The notes below the pieces were generated by a model. It was not told where the DNA came from, ran no database searches, and saw nothing but the letters and a program-made list of their open reading frames with translations. The translations under genes and the position numbers were made by a program. From the sequence record SRR20825006_984: a DNA stretch of 32,313 nt; one strand, given 5' to 3'. Shown piece after piece: positions 26,357 through 32,313 of this stretch; position 1 is the first letter of the stretch; each line of letters begins with the position of its first letter.

Positions 26357-27415
26357 TTATATATCACATCTTCTTTCGAGAGCAATTTTATTGCCATCAT
26401 CTTTGTACAACTTTATAAGATTCTCCTCAAGTTTATATACTTGCCAATATGAGGTGAAATCGGTGAAGTTTTCAAACTCTAACCTCAAGTTCACTGCTCC
26501 ATTTGATATACTCGTGTTCCAAGTTCCTGTTATCACATCTGCCGTATACGTGGAAAAAACAACAGAACCATCTTCTCTAAATACCATTAAATGTTCAAGG
26601 TATTGTTCAGTATTGTCCATTTGGTCACGGATTACCTGCTTTACCTGCAATGGACAGGTCATTAAATATTCATCCAGCTCGGCTTCTGAGAAATCGTCAT
26701 CGTTATAGTCATTATCATCGTCCTCATCACATTGATTTTTTTCCATTTCCAAGGTAGCCATCAAATCAGCATTGTTTTCAATGACAACTTCGGTGCCGTC
26801 ATGCTTTGTTAGTGTAATCGGATACTGGAAACTGACCAATCGATTGTCTTCCAACTCGGAAAATACACGGTACATATCAAAATCGGTTTCAACTTGGATT
26901 TCGGAACTCTGTTGTGCATCTATCACAAAGGTGAACAGGGTTATGGGATATACGAAGTCAATACACTCGATATCGTCGTCGCCGCCGCCTTCAATGCACT
27001 CACGGGCCCTTACCATAAGTTCCCCCTTATTTTCAACAGTAATTTGGCTATAATCCGCATATGTTATTGTAATGGGAAAAACTATTTCCAGGATATTATT
27101 CACATTAGTGCTAGCATCCAAAAGGTTTTCGATTTTTTCTAGATCACTCTTGGAATTGATGCTGATCTCAACCCCATTTGCATTTACGGTGTAAGGAAAC
27201 TCGACGGCGAAACAACTGGCTTCGTCCACAATATTGTCAAAAGAACCATCTTGGGAGGAGGTTTGCTTTATTAAACCGGCAATGTCAGATTGGGCCGCAA
27301 TGGTTTGTTCCTCGTCACTGCCCCCGACATCTTCATATTCTTCTTGACAGGAATACAACCCAATAACAGACACCATGAGCACAACACGCATCACATTGTC
27401 AATCAGCTTCTTCAT
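26357..27415 (-). CDS. Acidic, Cys-containing repeat lipoprotein of unknown function
   Basis: Lipobox LYSC followed by QEEYED; four [FY]P[IY]T repeats; DEDDDNDYNDDD tract. Divergent from the ECF sigma gene. Confidence 0.8.
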   Translation of the reverse strand: MKKLIDNVMRVVLMVSVIGLYSCQEEYEDVGGSDEEQTIAAQSDIAGLIKQTSSQDGSFDNIVDEASCFAVEFPYTVNANGVEISINSKSDLEKIENLLDASTNVNNILEIVFPITITYADYSQITVENKGELMVRARECIEGGGDDDIECIDFVYPITLFTFVIDAQQSSEIQVETDFDMYRVFSELEDNRLVSFQYPITLTKHDGTEVVIENNADLMATLEMEKNQCDEDDDNDYNDDDFSEAELDEYLMTCPLQVKQVIRDQMDNTEQYLEHLMVFREDGSVVFSTYTADVITGTWNTSISNGAVNLRLEFENFTDFTSYWQVYKLEENLIKLYKDDGNKIALERRCDI

Positions 27416-27450
27416 AACTATTGATTTTTTTGGGGTTATTCTTTACCACT

Positions 27451-27479
27451 AAACAATTCTCAAAAAAAAAACCCTACTT
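27451..27479 (-). promoter_or_regulatory. Putative ECF sigma promoter AAGTAGGGT-N14-TTGTTT for the lipoprotein
   Basis: Same two boxes and same 14-nt spacer as at 28054-28082. Confidence 0.7.
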
Positions 27480-27493
27480 TTCCTTAATGTTTT

Positions 27494-27507
27494 TCAAATA
27501 TATTTGA
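27494..27507. promoter_or_regulatory. Palindrome TCAAATATATTTGA containing a TATATTTG -7 element on both strands
   Basis: Perfect 14-bp palindrome. Plus-strand TATATTTG (27499-27506) lies 23 nt before the ECF ATG. Confidence 0.6.
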
Positions 27508-27529
27508 TTCCCTAATCAAACCATCTTCA

Positions 27530-28030
27530 ATGAGCAACGTTTGTGAAGAGCAAATTTTCAGCAAGGTTTTCAAGACCCATTCCAAAACGGTCTTCAACTA
27601 TATATTCTACAAGTTCGGCAATGAGGAAAAAGCAAATGACGCTGTACAGGAGGCATTTGTAAAATTATGGCAAAACTGTGCAAAAGTGAGCCCGGAGAAA
27701 GCAAAATCCTACGTTTACACGGTTGCCAACAACCTTTATTTAAATGTAATAAAGGCTGAAAAGGTGAGGTTGAAACATGCCGACAGCCTTGTAAAGGACA
27801 GAACCAACGAGTCTCCAGAATTTTTAATGGAGGAACAAGAATACAAGGAAAAATTGGACAATGCGCTTAACGCCCTACCCGAAAATCAACGGACCACATT
27901 TTTACTTAACCGAATCGATGGTAAAAAGTATGCAGAAATTGCAGAAATGGAGGAGGTGAGCGTAAAAGCCATTGAAAAACGAATGCATTTGGCCCTCAAA
28001 AGTTTACGGAAACATATTGATGGTATTTAG
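27530..28030 (+). CDS. ECF RNA polymerase sigma-70 factor (FecI-like)
   Basis: Region 2 DAVQEAFVKLW; region 4 LPENQRTTFLL..GKKYAEIAE..SVKAIEKRMHLALKSLR. Followed by fecR. Confidence 0.95.
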   Translation: MSNVCEEQIFSKVFKTHSKTVFNYIFYKFGNEEKANDAVQEAFVKLWQNCAKVSPEKAKSYVYTVANNLYLNVIKAEKVRLKHADSLVKDRTNESPEFLMEEQEYKEKLDNALNALPENQRTTFLLNRIDGKKYAEIAEMEEVSVKAIEKRMHLALKSLRKHIDGI

Positions 28031-28053
28031 ATATAGAATTTATTTTGAATTTT

Positions 28054-28082
28054 AAGTAGGGTATTTTAACAACTAGTTGTTT
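28054..28082 (+). promoter_or_regulatory. Putative ECF sigma promoter AAGTAGGGT-N14-TTGTTT for fecR-TBDT
   Basis: Located 23 nt upstream of the fecR ATG; boxes identical to 27451-27479. Confidence 0.7.
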
Positions 28083-28105
28083 GTATAACGTAAAGAATAG
28101 AACCC

Positions 28106-29020
28106 ATGCAAGAAAATTATTTGGCAAAATGGCTGAGCGGAGAGCTTTCAGAAGATGAGCTTCGGGAATTTAAAGGCTCCGAAGAGTATGCCTCGTACCA
28201 AAAGCTAAAGGATGTTTCTAGTAGGTTGGCAGCTCCTGAATTTGATGCCGACCAAGCATTGCAACGCCTAAAAGATGAGTACATCGACAATGCGCCAAAG
28301 GTAATTTCCTTGAACCCGTTCAAGAAATTCCTTAGAGTGGCCGCGGTCATTGCTGTTCTACTTGCTGGTTCATACTTCTACATAAATACTTTGGACGAAA
28401 ATGTAACCACCGAGTTTGCGGAACGTTCCGAGGTCGTGCTCCCAGATAATTCAGAAATCTTTTTGAATGCAGATTCCAAAATATCCTACAGCGAAAAAAA
28501 CTGGAAAAATAAAAGAAACATCGATTTAAAAGGTGAGGCTTTTTTCAAGGTGGCCAAAGGAAAAAAATTCACGGTCTCCACAGATCACGGTACCGTGGCC
28601 GTTTTAGGAACACAGTTTAATGTAGAAAACAGAAAAGGTTTTTTTGAAGTAACCTGCTACGAAGGCTTGGTAAGCGTTACCCATAACAACAAGGAAATAA
28701 AACTGCCCGCAGGAAAATCCTTTTTGATGATCGATGGGAAAATTGTTGAAACCGAAGTTCCCAATGGCAGTTCTCCTTCCTGGATGAACAACGAAAGTAG
28801 TTTTAAAAGTATACCTCTCACCTATGTTTTTGCCGAGCTGGAAAGACAGTTCAATATCCAGGTCAGCATTGAAAACATTGATACAAATCTTTTATTTACA
28901 GGGTCTTTTAACAACACAGACCTAAAAATGGCGTTAAAAAGTATAAGTACCCCCTCCCAAACACGTTTTAAAATAGACGGAGACAACGTACTTTTTTATG
29001 CTGGGAACACACAACAATAA
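28106..29020 (+). CDS. fecR: FecR-family anti-sigma / signal transducer
   Basis: Cytoplasmic N-terminus, single TM (RVAAVIAVLLAGSYFY), LPDNSEIFLNADS, LKGEAFFKV, VLGTQFNV (GT autocleavage motif) and C-terminal domain. Confidence 0.93.
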   Translation: MQENYLAKWLSGELSEDELREFKGSEEYASYQKLKDVSSRLAAPEFDADQALQRLKDEYIDNAPKVISLNPFKKFLRVAAVIAVLLAGSYFYINTLDENVTTEFAERSEVVLPDNSEIFLNADSKISYSEKNWKNKRNIDLKGEAFFKVAKGKKFTVSTDHGTVAVLGTQFNVENRKGFFEVTCYEGLVSVTHNNKEIKLPAGKSFLMIDGKIVETEVPNGSSPSWMNNESSFKSIPLTYVFAELERQFNIQVSIENIDTNLLFTGSFNNTDLKMALKSISTPSQTRFKIDGDNVLFYAGNTQQ

Positions 29021-31556
29021 GCATATAGGCCTCGTCCTCGGTGTTTTGTTTTTTCTGGTAGGCAAAATGAATGCACAGGAAGAACAACAATCCCTTATTT
29101 CATACATAAAAAATATAGAGAATCGTTTTGATGTCAAGTTCTCCTATCTCGATGAGGATTTGGATGGTCTCACCCTTAAAATTCCAGAAAGCCTTAATAC
29201 CCTTGAAGAAATCCTTAAATACATCAAGGACTCCTTCAGTATTCAAACAGAAAAACTCAATGACCGATATTACACCCTCTCCACCAAAAATCAGGTCAAT
29301 GTTTGTGGTATAGTTTTGGATAATTTTGCGGACAACACCGTTCTTGGCGCTACGATAGAGGTTTTAGGAACAGGCATCGCTAAAATCACGGACAATAACG
29401 GCTCTTTTTCATTGGAGAATGTTCCTAGAAACGCATCCTTGCAAATTCGGTACTTGGGATATGTGACCAAATATGTAAAAGTTGAAAGTCTTTTGCAACA
29501 AAGCGGATGCCCCAAAATACTTTTGGCACCTTATTACGAACAATTGGATGAAGTGTTCGTGTACAAATACCTTACCTCGGGAATTATAAAGGAAAAGGAT
29601 GCCAGCATCACATTGAACACCGCAGAGTTTGGAATACTTCCAGGACTTATTGAACCCGACATTCTGCAAACCGTACAAGCCTTACCGGGGATAAAAAGTA
29701 TTGACGAGACCGTATCGGACATCAACGTTCGTGGTGGTACCAACGACCAGAACCTTATTCTTTGGAACGGCATAAAAATGTATCAATCCGGGCATTTTTT
29801 TGGGTTGATATCTGCCTTTAACCCCTATCAAACGGATAAAGTGACCATCTATAAAAATGGGACGCCCGCCAACTTTGGTGACGGGGTGAGCAGCGTTATT
29901 CAAATGGAAACGGGAAATTCCGTCCCAGAAACGTTTAATGGTGGAGGTGGATTTAATTTGATAAGCGGCGATATCTATGCCGAGGCCCCGATAACCAATA
30001 ACCTTGGCATACAGTTTTCCGCTAGGCGTTCCGCTACCGATTTTTTGAGGACACCCACCTACAAACAGTTTATTAATCGTGCATTTCAGGATAGTGAGAT
30101 TACACTTCAAAACAACAGCACCGTTGATGATGAATTTATACGTGACGAAGATTTTTTCTTTTATGATTTTTCCGGAAAAATCCTGTACGACCTCAACGAA
30201 TATCACAAAATCAGACTGAGTGCCATACACATCAAAAACAATTTAAAATTTGATGAGACCAATGTTACGGCAGATGAAACCAACATCAGCCTATTGAGAC
30301 AGGACAATATTTCCGTTGGCGGGCAACTCCAAAGCGATTGGACGGATAGGTTCTCCACGCACCTGAACATCTATTACTCCAAGTACAATTTGGATGCACA
30401 AAATATTTATGACAATCAGATACAGCAGTTGTTTCAAAACAATCAAGTGATTGAAAATGCATTAAAATTAAACACCACCTTTATTCTTAATGATGTATTT
30501 AATTGGAACAATGGGTATCAATACATTGAAACCGGTATTGTCAATGCCACGATCATCAATCAACCCAATTTTGAAAGTGAACTTAAAGGCGTAATCAGAA
30601 CCCACGCACCATATTCGCAACTCAATTACAATTCTCCCGGGAATAAATTCATCGGAAAAATTGGAGCTCGATTCAATTTTATCGAAAACCTAAACACCTT
30701 TCAACAGCTTTTGGTGGAACCTAGAATCAACCTGAACTTTAAATTGGCCAATTATCTTAGGGCCGAGGTTTTGGGTGAGTTCAAAAGCCAGACCACCAAC
30801 CAAATCATTGATTTGGAACAAAACTTTTTAGGCATTGAAAAGCGCAGATGGATTCTTTCCAACGATAACACGCTTCCCGTGACCAAGAGTAAACAAGGCT
30901 CGGTAGGCATCAATTACGAAAAAAACAATTTTTATGTGGGTGTCGAGGGCTTCTATAAAAATGTGGACGGCATCAGCACCAGCACGCAAGGATTCCAGAA
31001 TCAATATCAATTTTCGGGAGAAATAGGGGGCTACAATGTTAAGGGATTGGAACTGCTCATCAATAAAAAAGGTGATAACTACAGTACTTGGCTAAGCTAC
31101 GCTTACAATAAGAATGATTACACCTTCGACTCCATTGTACCTCAAACATTCCCGAACAATTTGGACATAAGACATACCATTACCTTTGCCAGCACCTACA
31201 ATTATAAAGATTTGAAGCTGAGCATTGGACTTAATTACAGAACTGGTAAACCCTTTACCGAACCTGTTCCGGGCGATGAAGGGCTGAATGACAACTTCTC
31301 CCCGCCCAGAATCAACTTTCAGGAACCAAACAGCAGTAGGTTGCCAGAATATTTTAGGGCGGATGCCTCGGCCATATACAATTTTCAAATCGGTAGAACT
31401 ATTCGGGCCAACGCCGGGCTGTCCATTTTAAACTTCACAAATAGAAGAAACAGCCTTAACAAGTATTATCGGGTCAACCAAGATAATGAAATCGAGACCG
31501 TGGAAAACTTTTCGCTGGGTATTACGCCAAATGTGAGTTTTAGGGTGAGTTTTTAA
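28998..31556 (+). CDS. TonB-dependent outer-membrane receptor/transducer with N-terminal signalling extension
   Basis: Signal peptide ending MNA-Q; STN-like N-terminal region; carboxypeptidase-regulatory-like domain; plug (DILQTVQALPGI..INVRGGTNDQN..GHFFG); C-terminal TPNVSFRVSF. Overlaps fecR by 23 nt. Confidence 0.9.
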   Translation: MLGTHNNKHIGLVLGVLFFLVGKMNAQEEQQSLISYIKNIENRFDVKFSYLDEDLDGLTLKIPESLNTLEEILKYIKDSFSIQTEKLNDRYYTLSTKNQVNVCGIVLDNFADNTVLGATIEVLGTGIAKITDNNGSFSLENVPRNASLQIRYLGYVTKYVKVESLLQQSGCPKILLAPYYEQLDEVFVYKYLTSGIIKEKDASITLNTAEFGILPGLIEPDILQTVQALPGIKSIDETVSDINVRGGTNDQNLILWNGIKMYQSGHFFGLISAFNPYQTDKVTIYKNGTPANFGDGVSSVIQMETGNSVPETFNGGGGFNLISGDIYAEAPITNNLGIQFSARRSATDFLRTPTYKQFINRAFQDSEITLQNNSTVDDEFIRDEDFFFYDFSGKILYDLNEYHKIRLSAIHIKNNLKFDETNVTADETNISLLRQDNISVGGQLQSDWTDRFSTHLNIYYSKYNLDAQNIYDNQIQQLFQNNQVIENALKLNTTFILNDVFNWNNGYQYIETGIVNATIINQPNFESELKGVIRTHAPYSQLNYNSPGNKFIGKIGARFNFIENLNTFQQLLVEPRINLNFKLANYLRAEVLGEFKSQTTNQIIDLEQNFLGIEKRRWILSNDNTLPVTKSKQGSVGINYEKNNFYVGVEGFYKNVDGISTSTQGFQNQYQFSGEIGGYNVKGLELLINKKGDNYSTWLSYAYNKNDYTFDSIVPQTFPNNLDIRHTITFASTYNYKDLKLSIGLNYRTGKPFTEPVPGDEGLNDNFSPPRINFQEPNSSRLPEYFRADASAIYNFQIGRTIRANAGLSILNFTNRRNSLNKYYRVNQDNEIETVENFSLGITPNVSFRVSF

Positions 31557-31560
31557 ATAG

Positions 31561-31717
31561 AGATTTCTGGACTGCGCTCGAAATGACCCAAGAAAATTTG
31601 TGAGCATTCGAGTAATTCATGTCAAAATATCGAAAGTACTTTTATAAAGCCTTCGACTCCGCTCAGGCTACCTGCTCTAAATATCAAAACATGTCATTCC
31701 TGCAAAAGCAGAAATCT
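31561..31717. repeat. Cluster of REP-like palindromic elements
   Basis: AGATTTCTGGACTGCGCTCGAAATGAC (31561-31587), CTTCGACTCCGCTCAGGCT (31651-31669) and GTCATTCCTGCAAAAGCAGAAATCT (31693-31717), between convergent TBDT and argS. The first two share a GACT[GC]CGCTC core. Confidence 0.7.
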
Positions 31718-32313
31718 ACATCCTATCAGGAACATCAATACCCAATAAGCGGAACGATGATTGAATCACCTCGCCCACTTTTTGTGACAACCGCACCCTA
31801 AAATTTTTCTTCTGCTCATCCGTTTCACCCAAAATGGAAACTTGCTGATAGAAGGAATTGAATTCCTTCACCAAATCGTAAGTATAGTTCGCAATCAAAG
31901 CAGGGCTAAAGTTTTCCGCCGCCAACTGAACCGTTTCCGGGAACAATTGGATTTGTTTCAACAACTCTTTCTCCTTTTCGTGCAAGTCCATTGAGGTCTC
32001 GACTGCGCTCAACCCAACATCCTCTGCCTTACGCAAAATAGACTGAATCCTAGCGTAGGTATACTGAATAAACGGCCCAGTGTTGCCTTGAAAATCCACC
32101 GATTCTTCAGGATTGAACAAAATGCGTTTCTTCGGGTCTACTTTTAAAATGTAATATTTAAGCGCACCCAAGCCTATGGTTCGGTACAATTGTTTTTTCT
32201 CTTCTTCGGAATAGCCGTCCAATTTGCCCAATTCTTGCGAAATGGATTCGGCCGTATCCTCCATATTTTGGATCAGGTCATCCGCATCCACTACGGTACC
32301 TTCCCTACTCTTC
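31716..32313 (-). CDS. argS: Arginyl-tRNA synthetase, C-terminal part (runs off the right edge)
   Basis: KSREGTVVDADDL (KMSKS-equivalent region), FQGNTGPFIQYTYARIQSILRKA, anticodon-binding domain ending LLGIDVPDRM. Confidence 0.96.
   Translation of the reverse strand, partial: KSREGTVVDADDLIQNMEDTAESISQELGKLDGYSEEEKKQLYRTIGLGALKYYILKVDPKKRILFNPEESVDFQGNTGPFIQYTYARIQSILRKAEDVGLSAVETSMDLHEKEKELLKQIQLFPETVQLAAENFSPALIANYTYDLVKEFNSFYQQVSILGETDEQKKNFRVRLSQKVGEVIQSSFRLLGIDVPDRM
31995..32014. repeat. REP-like element inside the argS coding sequence
   Basis: GGTCTCGACTGCGCTCAACC shares GACTGCGCTC exactly with 31570-31579 and encodes GLSAVET in ArgRS. Confidence 0.6.

Noticed and set aside
31561-31801. 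CRISPR array, IS ends, or the 60-aa ORF 31619-31801
   Set aside because: The units are not identical or regularly spaced, no cas or transposase gene is present, and the ORF spans REP DNA and runs antisense into argS.

Overview
A 32 kb chromosomal window from a Bacteroidota bacterium, most likely a marine Flavobacteriaceae member (Muricauda/Flagellimonas-like). This rests on TAnnTTTG -7 promoter elements, a SusC/SusD pair, signal peptides followed by Gln, and Flavobacterial REP-type palindromes. From left to right it holds: a hydroxyproline catabolic operon (partial Hyp 2-epimerase, KGSA dehydrogenase, DapA-family Pyr4H2C deaminase) with a divergent AraC regulator; a SusC/SusD pair with no adjacent CAZyme; a DnaQ-like exonuclease/GIY-YIG fusion; a run of housekeeping and envelope genes (aldose epimerase-like, M20 peptidase, LolC/E permease, NamZ, fatty-acid hydroxylase, YkgJ, methyltransferase, zincin lipoprotein, queE, exported RidA, DUF853 ATPase); an HxlR/hydrolase/VOC module; an unannotated 48-aa lipoprotein; folD and ffh; an ECF sigma/FecR/TonB-dependent receptor signalling module with a divergent acidic repeat lipoprotein; a REP cluster; and the 3' part of argS. 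I found no rRNA, tRNA, CRISPR array, prophage or transposase. Three observations stand out. (1) A 16-bp motif sits at nearly the same distance from the -7 element upstream of both the Hyp operon and susC, suggesting a hydroxyproline/collagen-peptide utilisation locus. (2) An exact AAGTAGGGT-N14-TTGTTT putative ECF promoter precedes both fecR-TBDT and the divergent lipoprotein, with a 10-nt homopolymer in one spacer. (3) A REP-like palindrome is embedded in-frame in argS. All functional calls come from recognising motifs by eye; no database search was run.
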